Source of the DNA: a virus
Lineage: Duplodnaviria; Heunggongvirae; Uroviricota; Caudoviricetes
Reading direction: 5' to 3' (one strand)
Virus record (IMG/VR): IMGVR_UViG_2877263951_000003
DNA: 62,478 nt
Shown here: one piece after another, positions 22,049 through 31,916 of the stretch
Numbering within the stretch: the stretch's first letter is position 1
Layout: every line of letters starts with the position of its first letter
The notes under the pieces: generated by a model
Told to the model about the DNA's origin: nothing
The model's input: the letters and a program-made list of their open reading frames with translations, nothing else
Database searches by the model: none
Program-made: the position numbers and the translations under genes

Positions 22049-22089
22049 CTATTTATCCGGTGCGCCGCCAGAATGACGGCGCGGTGTGG

Positions 22090-22398
22090 TTAAACGAAGC
22101 GGATCTGGAGTTTTTTTCCAGTAGCGCGGGCGAATTTTTTTAGTGTGGCAAATGATGGGCCGCTGATACCTGATGCGAGATTACTTTCCATTCTGGTGAT
22201 CGCGGTCGCTTTTGTTCCCATTCGCTCGGCAACTTCAGCCTGAGTTAAGCCAGCTTCTTTGCGTGCTGCCAGCATTTCATCAAGCAGTGCGAATTCGTCA
22301 GCGATAGCGTCGTATTCTGCTTTAAAAGCCGGGTCTTCCATCCATTTGGCTGCCATTTCGTCGTGTGTCATGGTGGGGAGAGTGCGTTTACCAGTCAT
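22090..22398 (-). CDS. HigA-like antitoxin, XRE-family HTH
   Basis: ...AGLTQAEVAERMGTKATAITRMESNLASGISGPSFATLKKFARATGKKL; start overlaps the toxin gene's 3' end. Confidence 0.65.
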   Translation of the reverse strand: MTGKRTLPTMTHDEMAAKWMEDPAFKAEYDAIADEFALLDEMLAARKEAGLTQAEVAERMGTKATAITRMESNLASGISGPSFATLKKFARATGKKLQIRFV

Positions 22399-22716
22399 GC
22401 TTAACCTCCTTCATTCTGGTTTCAGCTTTCTTGCGTTCGGCTGGCGGTGTTTTCTGCGCTTTCTTTACAAAACTATGCAGCATGATGATGCGTTTCCCTG
22501 TCAGAGTGCAGTAAAAAACACGCGCGATCCCATCGTTGCCTTTAATTCTGAGTTCGAAAAGCCCGTCACCAAAGGCGCTGGTGTGAGGTTCTCCGAGATT
22601 GCTGCCGTATACCTTCATGCGTTCAACAAGATGCTGGTATCTGGCACGCATACTCAATGGAAGCTGATCGACCTCCAGTCGGACCTCTTCACTGTAGTAT
22701 TCGATAGTGTAGTTCA
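22388..22716 (-). CDS. RelE/HigB-superfamily toxin (gp49-like)
   Basis: MNYTIEYYSEEVRLEVDQLPLSMRARYQHLVERMKVYGSNLGEPHTSAFGDGLFELRIKGNDGIARVFYCTLTGKRIIMLHSFVKKAQKTP; toxin-then-antitoxin order as in higBA. Confidence 0.65.
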
Positions 22717-22845
22717 TACAGCAAAACATAACAAAATCGTTATATCTGCACAATATATTGATTCTGCAATTTCGGGACGTTACACTGTCTCTGCACCTTA
22801 TAAAGCGGGGGCCGGGATTGGCGTCCTGAAATTCAATATAGAGCA

Positions 22846-22868
22846 TAACCGCGCTCATGCGGTTTTTT
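22846..22868 (+). terminator. Rho-independent terminator upstream of the structured element and rha
   Basis: AACCGC-GCTCAT-GCGGTT followed by TTTTTT; paralog at 8458..8484. Confidence 0.55.
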
Positions 22869-22899
22869 CGTGTCATGAGCATTGCTACGCCCAAATTAT

Positions 22900-22978
22900 G
22901 GTGGGGCGTGCAGGGACATCGCAAGATGCGCCGGGTTCTATGTTGACCGGTTACGCCAACCCTGTACGTCTCACCACC
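22900..22978 (+). ncRNA. Candidate structured RNA element upstream of rha
   Basis: Closing stem 22900..22915 (GGTGGGGCGTGCAGGG) with 22960..22975 (CCCTGTACGTCTCACC); GCAA-loop hairpin CATC/GATG at 22917..22928; CCGG-12nt-CCGG hairpin at 22931..22950; stems differ from the paralog at 8351..8429 by compensatory changes. Confidence 0.4.
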
Positions 22979-23035
22979 TCTGTGATTGGCGTCCCATGTG
23001 GTGAGTTCTTTGAATTCAACATAGGGGCTGTCACC

Positions 23036-23599
23036 ATGACTACTCTCCCAACCCTCTCTCAACCTGAAATTGCCATCGTTGATGGTTAGGCTGTTACTTC
23101 ATCCCTGGCTGTTGCCAACTTCTTCTCTAAACGTCATGACGATGTTCTGAAAAAGATCCGCATTTTGGATTGTTCTCCAGAGTTTTGTGCCCGCAATTTT
23201 GCGGAGACATCAATTTTGGTACGCCAGCCCAACGGCGGTACTCGCAAACTTCCCTGCTACCAAATTACCCGCGGCGGCTTCGCCTTCCTTGCTATGGGCT
23301 TCACTGGTAAACGTGCCGCCCGGTTCAAAGAGGCATACATCAATGCCTTTAACCAGATGGAGAGGAGCTTATCAGGAGCTGGTGCGGCTGACATGTCATC
23401 TGTCGCACAAAACGCCAGAGGCGTATACCTGCATTTGCGTGAAATCCATCAAATCTGGACAAGCCAGCTTTACCCAATGCTTAAGGCCGTTGAATCTCCG
23501 CTGGCTGGCAAACTGTACGACCGTGTAGGTGATGCTGTTTTTGGTGCTGCACTTGTTGATTCCAGGCTGAATGGTTCTGACAAGGAGGTGCGCCCATGA
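23036..23599 (+). pseudogene. Rha-family regulatory protein with in-frame amber codon at 23087..23089
   Basis: MTTLPTLSQPEIAIVDG-TAG-AVTSSLAVANFFSKRHDDVLKKIRILDCSPEF...ITRGGFAFLAMGFTGKRAARFKEAYINAFNQME; the other rha copy has CGC (Arg) at this position. Confidence 0.65.
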
Positions 23600-23829
23600 T
23601 CCGCCACATCGTTAATTTCCTGTATCACCGATACAACCATTGCCCCCGTGTGGGGCAGTGGTTCACCACCAGCAACGGCTACGTTCTGCGGGTTTGCCTG
23701 GTCAGTACCGAAAGCCAGAAGGTTGTCTGCCAGGTTCAGGGACGTACTCATACCCTGAGTTATCCGCTGGTGGCGTTTCAGCCCGGAAAAATGTTTAAAC
23801 GCCTGGGAGGTGGCTATGCGTCCGTCTGA
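23596..23829 (+). CDS. Hypothetical small protein (77 aa)
   Basis: ORF only; start overlaps the rha stop. Confidence 0.3.
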   Translation: MIRHIVNFLYHRYNHCPRVGQWFTTSNGYVLRVCLVSTESQKVVCQVQGRTHTLSYPLVAFQPGKMFKRLGGGYASV

Positions 23830-24724
23830 TCTTCTGCTCGATTTTGGACATCCGGTTGCTTATTACCCTGGGCTCGTTAAATACATGGGAAGTCCGCACG
23901 CTGTTATTTTCTTTGGTCAGATTTTTTACTGGCAGGATAAAGCACATGCAGCGGAAGGCGTACATAAAACGCGTGAAGAGATACAACACGAAACCGGACT
24001 TACATTTGAACAACAGGCTGTAGCGCGTAAGCATCTTGTGTCCAGAGGCATTTTGGTTGAAACCAACAAGCGTCTTGAGCACAAAATGTTCTACCGTATA
24101 GATTGTGAGCGCCTTAATGAAATTATCAATGAAAACAATCAGTTTTCCCGAAATGGGGAAACCCGTTTTCGGGAAACTGTAAAACCCAATTTCGCGGAGG
24201 AGGGAAAGCCTTCACCGCGGACACGGGAAACCCCTCGCCGCGGAGAAGGGAAAACCAATTTCGATCTTACAGAGAATACAACAGAGATTACTTCAGAGAA
24301 TACTACAGAGAGTAAAAACACTATTGGCGCATCCGCTGACGCGTCTGCACCAGCGCGTTCTTCCCGACAGGAATATTCACCGGAATTTGAACAGGCCTGG
24401 CAGGAATATCCAAAACGTGCTGGTGGTAACTCAAAATCCGCAGCCTTCAAAGCCTGGAAAGCCCGGCTCAGGGAGGGAATAAAACCTGAAGCCATGCTTG
24501 ATGGCGTGAAACGCTATGCTGCCTGGGTACGTGCCACAGGAAATACCGGCACACAGTTCGTGAAGCAGGCTGCGACGTTCTTTGGACCCGATCGTCACTT
24601 CGAAGACTTCTGGCAACAGCCAGCCGCTCCCAGAGGTGGGCGACAGCGACAGGTCGATGTCCTGGCTGGCCTGGGAGCCATGTCTGACAAATTCGGTAAA
24701 TCCAGTGACAAACTGACATTCTGA
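23810..24724 (+). CDS. Phage replication initiation protein (O-like)
   Basis: Position immediately upstream of the DnaC-like/DnaB-like pair; N-terminal winged-helix-like region (..QQAVARKHLVSRGILVETNKR..). Family assignment by position and composition only. Confidence 0.5.
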   Translation: MAMRPSDLLLDFGHPVAYYPGLVKYMGSPHAVIFFGQIFYWQDKAHAAEGVHKTREEIQHETGLTFEQQAVARKHLVSRGILVETNKRLEHKMFYRIDCERLNEIINENNQFSRNGETRFRETVKPNFAEEGKPSPRTRETPRRGEGKTNFDLTENTTEITSENTTESKNTIGASADASAPARSSRQEYSPEFEQAWQEYPKRAGGNSKSAAFKAWKARLREGIKPEAMLDGVKRYAAWVRATGNTGTQFVKQAATFFGPDRHFEDFWQQPAAPRGGRQRQVDVLAGLGAMSDKFGKSSDKLTF

Positions 24725-24725
24725 G

Positions 24726-25613
24726 GTGACAGCGATGATGACGTTTAACCTGCGTGAACAACAAAAAAGACTACAGGCGCGAATGGATGAGTTACGGGCA
24801 GAGATTGCATTTGCTCAGAAGGGCGAAAAGCCATGGCCTTATCGTTCCTGCCTGATGCGTGAAGGTCGCGGATATTGCGAAAAACATGGCGAATATCACA
24901 CGCATATACTGGTGTGGAGCGATCGTAATGGCGAGGACAGAGAAGAAATTTCATGCTGCCCTGACTGCTTAATCGCTGAGGCCAACGATTTGACCATGGA
25001 GCTGTCGTCCATCAAGGCGGAAGAGCTGACTGATAACGCCGGAATTGCCCTGCGTTTTCGGGACTGCGAGTTTGATAATTATCTGGAGGTTAATCCTGGC
25101 GCAGCCAGAAATCTTGCGGCCTGTCGCCGCTATGCGGAGAACTGGCCAGATATGCTGGAGAACGGTACCAGTCTTGTTATGACCGGCAGTTGTGGTACCG
25201 GAAAAAATCATCTGGCTGTGGCTATGGCAAAACACATCATCCGTAACTATCTGGCCAGTGTGGAGATCACCGACGTGATGCGCCTTACCCGTGCTGTGAA
25301 AAATTGCTGGCGGAATGACAGCGAAAAAACAGCGGATGAAGTTATTGAGCGTTATGCGTCAATGGATTTGCTGATCATCGACGAAGTTGGCGTTCAGTTT
25401 GGCAGCGCGGCTGAAATGGCTATTTTGCAGGAAATTATCAACGCCAGGTACGAAAGTATCTTGCCCACCATTCTGATCAGTAACCTCTCACCGGAAGAGT
25501 TGTGGGCGTTCATCAGTCCCCGAATTGCCGACAGGATCACAGACGGGGGACGCAACTGGTTGTCGTTTAACTGGCCCAGTTACCGTTCTCGTATCAGAGG
25601 TGTGGCTGCATGA
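24726..25613 (+). CDS. DnaC/IstB-like helicase loader ATPase
   Basis: Walker A GSCGTGKNHLAVAMAKH, Walker B LLIIDEVGVQ; C-terminal half aligns with the ydaV-like gene at 13152..13898. Confidence 0.75.
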   Translation: MTAMMTFNLREQQKRLQARMDELRAEIAFAQKGEKPWPYRSCLMREGRGYCEKHGEYHTHILVWSDRNGEDREEISCCPDCLIAEANDLTMELSSIKAEELTDNAGIALRFRDCEFDNYLEVNPGAARNLAACRRYAENWPDMLENGTSLVMTGSCGTGKNHLAVAMAKHIIRNYLASVEITDVMRLTRAVKNCWRNDSEKTADEVIERYASMDLLIIDEVGVQFGSAAEMAILQEIINARYESILPTILISNLSPEELWAFISPRIADRITDGGRNWLSFNWPSYRSRIRGVAA

Positions 25614-27001
25614 CAACTCCAGTATGGCGTAACGATGACCTTGAAGGCGCTGTCATCGGCGCGTTCTTTCTGCGCGGAGCAGATCCTGAAGTGATGGATA
25701 TTCTGGCCACACTGCCAGCGGACGTTTTTTCTGTACGAGCGTATCAGGATATCTATACAGGCATCTGCAGACAGGCCCGTGTTTCAGGAGTGATTGACCC
25801 CGTGCTGTTGTGTAATGAGATGCCGGAACTTGCCCCGGTGATTACTGATACCGGGCGTAAAACCTGGGTGAAGTCTTCACTGGAGCACTATGTTGCAGCG
25901 TTGCGGCGCAATGCCGCACTGCGCGATGCAGAAAAAACACTGAATGAGGCGCTGCAGAAATTACGTGATGCGCATACCTGTGAAGCAGCTGAAGATGCCC
26001 TGAAGGATGCGCAGAACATGATGGTCACACTGTCGACAGGAAAGGGCGTCATTCAGCCGGTACATATTGATGATGTGCTTCCGGAAGTGGTTGAGCGTGT
26101 TGAATGCCGGAATCAGGGGCTGGAGAAATCCAGGACGTTGATGACCGGTATTGATGAACTGGACGCAAAAACAGGCGGTATGGAGCCCGGAGACCTGGTA
26201 TTCATTGCCGCCCGTCCTTCGATGGGGAAAACCGAACTTGCGCTGGACATCATCGACAAGGTGACTGAGCAGGGGCATGGTGTGCTTCTGTTCACCATGG
26301 AGATGGCGAACATCCAGATTGGTGAACGTATGGTGTCTGCGGCTGGAGGGATGCCAGTATCACGCCTGAAATCTGTGGCTCACTTTGAAGATGAAGACTG
26401 GACGCGTTTCTCACAAGGGGTGGGGCGGATGACCGGGCGCAATATCTGGATGGTGGACCAGGCGAACCTGGCCATTGATGAGATATGCGCAACAACGAAA
26501 CACCACCTGATTAAATATCCGGAAACGGCGCTGGTGGTGGTTGATTATCTCGGGCTGATAAAAACCCGAACCACGGGGCGTCATGACCTTGCCGTGGGTG
26601 AAATCTCAAAGGGGCTTAAAGGCCTGGCAAAATCCGGTGGTTTTCCGTTGATTGCGCTGAGCCAGCTCTCCCGCGGTGTGGAGTCCAGACCCAATAAACG
26701 TCCCATGAACTCAGACCTGAAAAATTCCGGAGAAATAGAGGCGGATGCAGACATCATTCTGATGCTTTACAGGGATGAAGTGTACAACCCGGATACGCAG
26801 GCCAGGGGCATCGCAGAAATCAATATCACGAAACAACGTAACGGTTCTCTGGGAACGATTTACCGGCGTTTTTATAACGGACATTTTCTGCCTGTGGACC
26901 AGGAAAGTGCACGGGTGCTTTCCACTCCCATGAAGCCCGGCAATCCGCGCAGATACAGTAATAAACGAACTGACAGCAGTAAGATGGAGCGTTTCTTTTG
27001 A
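25610..27001 (+). CDS. DnaB-family replicative helicase
   Basis: Walker A ARPSMGKTELALDI, ..LALSQLSRGVESRPNKRP..., ..IILMLYRDEVY.. typical of DnaB C-terminal domain. Confidence 0.8.
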   Translation: MTTPVWRNDDLEGAVIGAFFLRGADPEVMDILATLPADVFSVRAYQDIYTGICRQARVSGVIDPVLLCNEMPELAPVITDTGRKTWVKSSLEHYVAALRRNAALRDAEKTLNEALQKLRDAHTCEAAEDALKDAQNMMVTLSTGKGVIQPVHIDDVLPEVVERVECRNQGLEKSRTLMTGIDELDAKTGGMEPGDLVFIAARPSMGKTELALDIIDKVTEQGHGVLLFTMEMANIQIGERMVSAAGGMPVSRLKSVAHFEDEDWTRFSQGVGRMTGRNIWMVDQANLAIDEICATTKHHLIKYPETALVVVDYLGLIKTRTTGRHDLAVGEISKGLKGLAKSGGFPLIALSQLSRGVESRPNKRPMNSDLKNSGEIEADADIILMLYRDEVYNPDTQARGIAEINITKQRNGSLGTIYRRFYNGHFLPVDQESARVLSTPMKPGNPRRYSNKRTDSSKMERFF

Positions 27002-27255
27002 ACAACCAGACAATGACTTTTACCCCTGAACAATTGCGTAAACACGCGCAGGAAATGCTGCGTCATGCTGAACAACTCGAAAAAACGGGCATAACAAAAG
27101 ATGCTATCCGTAAAGATATGGTACCCGCGCTTCGGGAACTGATGCAGGCGAAGCATCGCGCACAGAAAGCAGTAGATGAGCTGGTGGACTGTGTGGCAGA
27201 GCTGGAAACCAGAGTCGGAAAGTTTGAAAAACTGGTGCAGGAGGCGCTGCGCTGA
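26998..27255 (+). CDS. Hypothetical helical protein (85 aa)
   Basis: ORF overlapping the dnaB-like stop (ATGA). Confidence 0.35.
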   Translation: MNNQTMTFTPEQLRKHAQEMLRHAEQLEKTGITKDAIRKDMVPALRELMQAKHRAQKAVDELVDCVAELETRVGKFEKLVQEALR

Positions 27256-27346
27256 TGCGCCATGAGTTTGTTTTGCCCTGGCTTGTGCGCGATCATTATG
27301 TCCCTGGTGGAAAGCCCGGGATAAAAATCACCGAACCGGAGAGTAT

Positions 27347-27550
27347 TTGATGAGCGTCAAAATTCAAACGATACCGGAACTGCTTATCCAGACACGAGGT
27401 AATATGACCGAAGTTTCACGAATGCTGAACTGTAATCGCGCCACGGTAAGAAAATATGCTGAAGATAAAGAGGGCAAAGGGCACGCCATTGTTGATGGTG
27501 TTCTGATTGTTCATCGTGGATGGGACAGGGGTAAAGACAGTGATGCGTGA
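27347..27550 (+). CDS. ninH: NinH-like protein
   Basis: [58 protein letters not shown] resembles lambda NinH as recalled. Confidence 0.65.
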   Translation: MMSVKIQTIPELLIQTRGNMTEVSRMLNCNRATVRKYAEDKEGKGHAIVDGVLIVHRGWDRGKDSDA

Positions 27551-27923
27551 TATTCAGCAGGTTCTTGAGCGCTGGGGCGCGTGGGTGGCTAATAATCATG
27601 AGGATGTGACCTGGTCGTCCATTGCTGCCGGTTTTAAGGGATTAATCCCTTCAAAAGTAAAATCCCGCCCGCAATGCTGTGACGATGACGCGATGGTTAT
27701 ATGTGGGTGTATGGCCCGCCTTAACCGGAACAACAACGATCTACATGACTTGCTGGTTGACTACTACGTGTTTGGGATGACATTCATGACGCTGGCGCGG
27801 AAGCATGGATGCTCAGATGGTTATATAGGAAAGAAGCTACAAAAAGCCGAGGGGGTGGTGGAAGGAATGTTGATGATGTTGGGTGTCCGGTTAGAAATGG
27901 ACAAATATATTGAACATCCCTGA
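27543..27923 (+). CDS. Late-gene antiterminator Q (phage 21/82-type, QuuD-like)
   Basis: [60 protein letters not shown]...; followed by a tR'-like terminator, tRNA genes and the lysis cassette. Start could alternatively be 27507. Confidence 0.7.
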   Translation: MRDIQQVLERWGAWVANNHEDVTWSSIAAGFKGLIPSKVKSRPQCCDDDAMVICGCMARLNRNNNDLHDLLVDYYVFGMTFMTLARKHGCSDGYIGKKLQKAEGVVEGMLMMLGVRLEMDKYIEHP

Positions 27924-28012
27924 TGGTAAGGGGCGACTTTCTAGAAAATATTTTACGTACGTAAAAAACGGGATATTCTGTTAAGAGTGGTTGCTTCGCC
28001 ACACAGCTTAAA

Positions 28013-28035
28013 CCCGCCTCCGGGCGGGTTTTTTA
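28013..28035 (+). terminator. tR'-like rho-independent terminator downstream of Q
   Basis: CCCGCC-TCCG-GGCGGG followed by TTTTTTAT. Confidence 0.7.
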
Positions 28036-28122
28036 TGCCTGAAAAACGGTACAGGACGTTAAACACGCTGGTGGTCAGATGAGTTTGCAGATGTGATGAC
28101 ATATGGTTATTATTCTGCCTCC

Positions 28123-28199
28123 GGCCCTTTAGCTCAGTTGGTCAGAGCGAGCGACTCATAATCGCCAGGTCGCTGGTTCAAGTCCAGCAAGGGCCACCA
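28123..28199 (+). tRNA. tRNA-Ile2-like (anticodon CAT; Met-type anticodon, Ile2 by similarity to ileX/ileZ)
   Basis: Cloverleaf: acceptor GGCCCTT/AAGGGCC, D-stem GCTC/GAGC, anticodon loop CTCATAA, T-stem GCTGG/CCAGC, encoded CCA. Confidence 0.8.
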
Positions 28200-28200
28200 A

Positions 28201-28277
28201 CCACCACTAGCTCATCCGGATAGAGCATCAACCTTCTAAGTTGACGGTGCGAGGTTCGAGTCCTCGGTGGTGGGCCA
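28201..28277 (+). tRNA. tRNA-Arg (anticodon TCT)
   Basis: Acceptor CCACCAC/GTGGTGG, anticodon stem TCAAC/GTTGA, loop CTTCTAA, T-loop TTCGAGT, encoded CCA. Confidence 0.75.
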
Positions 28278-28279
28278 GC

Positions 28280-28355
<76 letters not shown>

Positions 28356-28358
28356 TAT

Positions 28359-28433
<75 letters not shown>

Positions 28434-28442
28434 GTCAGAGTC

Positions 28443-28562
28443 TTTCAGTCTGCGATGATGGGAAATCCCGGAGTGACTGAAAGACGTTTAAGTTATGAAT
28501 GATCGCCTTTTTTTGCAAAATTGCTGTGCAGAAATACTAACCTTCGGGCGTGCGATCATTCA
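28443..28562 (+). repeat. Two long inverted repeats between the tRNA cluster and the holin gene
   Basis: GTCTTTCAGTC (28443..28453) / GACTGAAAGAC (28477..28487); TTATGAATGATCGC (28493..28506) / GCGATCATTCATAA (28549..28562). Confidence 0.35.
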
Positions 28563-28725
28563 TAAGCACTCTGCTTTTATTCCGATTAACTGTGGGTGGT
28601 TTGTTGGATAGAGTGCTTTCCTTACTGTATATATCGTTTCGCCCGCTTTTGCGTTTTTTTCTTTTCAAATCCCTTTCATTTCTCAGTGTAAAACTACGCC
28701 ATCCGTTATTTGCGGAGGTGAGGCT

Positions 28726-28941
28726 ATGAAATCCATGGACAAAATTTCAACGGGCATTGCCTACGGCACCTCCGCCGGCAGTGCCGGCTACTGGTTTTTG
28801 CAGTGGTTGGATCAGGTCAGGCCATCACAGTGGGCTGCGATTGGTGTGCTGGGAAGTCTGCTTCTGGGGCTTCTGACTTATCTGACGAATCTGTATTTCA
28901 AAATAAGAGAAGACAAGCGTAAGGCTGCACGGGGAGAGTAA
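28726..28941 (+). CDS. Holin (S21/EssD-like pinholin) with dual-start motif
   Basis: [71 protein letters not shown]; two TM segments, Met1/Met4 dual start, RBS GGAGGTGAGG. Confidence 0.8.
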   Translation: MKSMDKISTGIAYGTSAGSAGYWFLQWLDQVRPSQWAAIGVLGSLLLGLLTYLTNLYFKIREDKRKAARGE

Positions 28942-28944
28942 ATA

Positions 28945-29574
28945 ATGAAGCATGAAGAAATGAATCAGCGATTCAATCACCTGGAAAATGAAATCACTGA
29001 GCTTAATAAAAAATTGTCGGCGTTGGTGAGTTCTGAAGATGAAAACAAACGCCGCGATGAGCATTATGCGGCGATTTACGATTACTGCCACAAAGTCGCT
29101 CACGAGACTTTTATGAAGTTTTTGCAGGAAAAGTTTTTACCGGCCGCATTGTCAGAAAAAGAGGCGGCTTACCTGCGGCCTGAGTACGTCATTACGGTTA
29201 ACAGTGCCGGAGAGGAAGAGCATAAAAGTGATTTTATTGCGTCTGCACCGGATAAAGACCAGGAACCCCATCGGCCTTTCAGGGTTTCCTGTGAAGAGGG
29301 TGAGTTCGTCGTTTATGAGAACGGAAAACCTGTCCGGGCATCGCATCATCACTGCCTGAAAATTATTAATCTCGCTATCAGATGCCTGAAAGACGAAAAC
29401 ACCAGAGTTATGAAACGCATTGGCCGTTGCATGGGGTATTTGCAGGTGGCGGCAGAGATTGAAGCACTTGCCAGTGGTGCAGACATGGATGCTGCGGTGC
29501 GGGAGGCTCTTCTTCGTGATTTCAATACTCCCCCTTTAAGAAAGAGCCTGATGACTGGATCCAGCCGGGGCTGA
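28945..29574 (+). CDS. Hypothetical soluble protein inserted between holin and endolysin
   Basis: 209 aa, no TM segment, coiled-coil-like N-terminus, HHHC and CxxC-like patches; no family recognised. Confidence 0.45.
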   Translation: MKHEEMNQRFNHLENEITELNKKLSALVSSEDENKRRDEHYAAIYDYCHKVAHETFMKFLQEKFLPAALSEKEAAYLRPEYVITVNSAGEEEHKSDFIASAPDKDQEPHRPFRVSCEEGEFVVYENGKPVRASHHHCLKIINLAIRCLKDENTRVMKRIGRCMGYLQVAAEIEALASGADMDAAVREALLRDFNTPPLRKSLMTGSSRG

Positions 29575-29639
29575 CTTATCTTAAAAGGCGTATATAAGTT
29601 GGCTCGTTATTTGTTGCCGATAAATCCTGATAAATATCC

Positions 29640-30173
29640 ATGAGCGCAAAAATCAAATACGGCCTGTCGGCTGCTGTTCTGGCGCTGATTGCCGCAGGCG
29701 CGTCTGCTCCCCAGATACTTGACCAGTTTCTGAACGAAAAAGAGGGTAATCACACAACGGCATACCGTGATGGTTCTGGCATATGGACCATCTGTCGTGG
29801 TGCCACAATGGTGGATGGTAAGCCTGTCATACCGGGAATGAAGCTGTCGAAGGAAAAATGTGACCAGGTTAACGCTATTGAACGTGATAAGGCGCTGGCA
29901 TGGGTGGAGCGCAATATTAAAGTACCTCTGACCGAACCCCAGAAAGCGGGTATAGCGTCATTTTGCCCCTATAACATTGGCCCCGGTAAGTGTTTCCCGT
30001 CGACGTTTTATAAGCGGCTGAATGCCGGTGATCGTAAGGGCGCATGCGAGGCGATTCGCTGGTGGATAAAAGATGTTGGGCGCGATTGCCGCATACGTTC
30101 AAATAACTGCTATGGACAGGTTATTCGTCGTGACCAGGAAAGCGCATTAGCCTGTTGGGGGATAGATCAATGA
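29640..30173 (+). CDS. Endolysin (lysozyme-like, probable signal-arrest-release type)
   Basis: N-terminal hydrophobic SAR-like segment [18 protein letters not shown], then [12 protein letters not shown]...; sits between holin and Rz. Confidence 0.75.
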   Translation: MSAKIKYGLSAAVLALIAAGASAPQILDQFLNEKEGNHTTAYRDGSGIWTICRGATMVDGKPVIPGMKLSKEKCDQVNAIERDKALAWVERNIKVPLTEPQKAGIASFCPYNIGPGKCFPSTFYKRLNAGDRKGACEAIRWWIKDVGRDCRIRSNNCYGQVIRRDQESALACWGIDQ

Positions 30174-30637
30174 GCAGAGTCACCGCGATTATCTCCGCTC
30201 TGGTTATCTGCATCATCGTCTGCCTGTCATGGGCTGTTAATCATTACCGTGATAACGCCATTACCTACAAAGAGCAGCGCGACAAAAACGCCGGAGAACT
30301 GAAGCTGGCGAACGCAACCATTACTGACATGCAGCAGCGCCAGCGTGATGCTGATGCACTCGATGCTAAATACACGAAGGAGTTAGCTGATGCGAAAGCT
30401 GAAAATGATGCTCTTCGGCGCAAGCTTGATAATGGTGGTCGGGTGCTCGTCAAAGGAAAATGCCCTGTGCCATCCTCAGCCGAAACCTCCAGCGCCTCCG
30501 GCATGGGCAATGATGCCACCGTCGAACTCTCTCCAGTTGCTGGACGAAACGTTCTCGGTATCCGGGACGGAATCATCAGCGACCAGACAGCATTGAGAAT
30601 GCTTCAGGAGTACATCAGGACTCAGTGCCTGAAATAA
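30170..30637 (+). CDS. Rz i-spanin
   Basis: N-terminal TM segment [20 protein letters not shown] plus coiled-coil periplasmic domain; ATG overlaps the endolysin stop. Confidence 0.7.
   Translation: MSRVTAIISALVICIIVCLSWAVNHYRDNAITYKEQRDKNAGELKLANATITDMQQRQRDADALDAKYTKELADAKAENDALRRKLDNGGRVLVKGKCPVPSSAETSSASGMGNDATVELSPVAGRNVLGIRDGIISDQTALRMLQEYIRTQCLK
30390..30596 (+). CDS. Rz1 o-spanin lipoprotein embedded in the +1 frame of Rz
   Basis: [44 protein letters not shown]: lipobox VVGC followed by a Pro-rich segment. Confidence 0.65.
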   Translation: MRKLKMMLFGASLIMVVGCSSKENALCHPQPKPPAPPAWAMMPPSNSLQLLDETFSVSGTESSATRQH

Positions 30638-31062
30638 ATTTTTTTGCAAATCACAAAGTCCATTTAATGAGCCTCGCACTTGCGGGGCTTTTATATGTCC
30701 GCAGTAAACCGCGCATCGCAGCGCGTAACAATCCCGAGTCTTTCAGAAAGCTGAGCCTGAGAACTGCCGTATAGGTGAGGACCTCTCGGGGACGGCTTTT
30801 CTGTGCGAACAGGCTCAACTTTCTAAAGGAAATACCGACATGAACAAATCATTAACCGTTCTTCCTTCTGGCGAATACCCGACCATGAGCAGTCTTGAGA
30901 TGGTGGATTACATTAATGCTGATCGGAAATCCAAAGCGGAGGCGGAGGGGCTTGCGTTCCCCTGTAAGAAATATCGCAAACTCGAACACCGCAGTTTCAT
31001 GAAGAAAGTACCCAGGGTCTGAGGTGTACTGGCAATAGCGGACACTACCATTTGTTCTTTTT

Positions 31063-31881
31063 TTAAGCAGCCATCTGATGATATTTTTCCCTGAAGGCTG
31101 CCGGGGAGATATTCCCCAGACGAGAGTGACGACGCTGACGATTGTAGAAAATCTCAATGTATTCCCGTATTACTGAGATGGCTTCATCCCGGTTATTAAA
31201 ACGATAGTGGCTCAGGCTCTCATTTTTCAGCGTTCCCCAGAAGCTTTCCATCGGAGCGTTGTCGTAACAGTTACCTTTACGCGACATTGATGTTTTCAGA
31301 CCAGACTGCTCCTGTATGACCCGGTAATCGTATGCGCAGTACTGTGAACCTCGATCAGAGTGGTGGATTAGCCCGGCAGGTGGGCGCTGGCTCCTGAGCG
31401 CCATAAACAGGGCTTTACCTGTCAGCTCTTTTGTCATGCGCTCTCCCATGGCGTAGCCGACAATTTCACACGTATAAACATCTTTGATGCCAGCGAGGTA
31501 CAACCATCCCTCCTGTGTGGCAACATACGTCAGGTCCGCCACCCAGACCTGATTTGGTGCTGTAGGAGCGAACGTCTGGTTCAGCAGATTTGGCGCAACT
31601 GGCAGATTGTGGTTCGGGTTCGTAGTCGCTCTGAACTTGCGTTTCTGCTTACAGCGTAGCCTTAGCTCCTTACGAAGACGTGCCAGTCGGTCACGACCAA
31701 CGATGATGCCATTCTCTGCCAGCTCCGTCTGGAGCCGCCGGGTTCCATATGTTTCGCGAGTGCGGATATGTGCCACCTTAATCTCCAGTTTTAGCCGCTC
31801 ATCACTTTGTTTTCTGTCTGAGGGTTCATGCTGTACCCAGTTGTAATAACCGCTCCTGGATACACCAAATACCTGACACAT
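31063..31881 (-). CDS. IS600 orfB transposase (intact, 272 aa)
   Basis: Identical to 3013..3831. Confidence 0.9.
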   Translation of the reverse strand: MCQVFGVSRSGYYNWVQHEPSDRKQSDERLKLEIKVAHIRTRETYGTRRLQTELAENGIIVGRDRLARLRKELRLRCKQKRKFRATTNPNHNLPVAPNLLNQTFAPTAPNQVWVADLTYVATQEGWLYLAGIKDVYTCEIVGYAMGERMTKELTGKALFMALRSQRPPAGLIHHSDRGSQYCAYDYRVIQEQSGLKTSMSRKGNCYDNAPMESFWGTLKNESLSHYRFNNRDEAISVIREYIEIFYNRQRRHSRLGNISPAAFREKYHQMAA

Positions 31882-31916
31882 CGCTTCAATGGGAAATTGT
31901 TGTCGCCATTGTTCGA

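Noticed and set aside
22259-23089. 276-aa plus-strand ORF
   Set aside because: Antisense to the toxin-antitoxin genes and fused to non-coding upstream sequence of rha; no RBS or conserved start; it ends at the amber codon inside rha.
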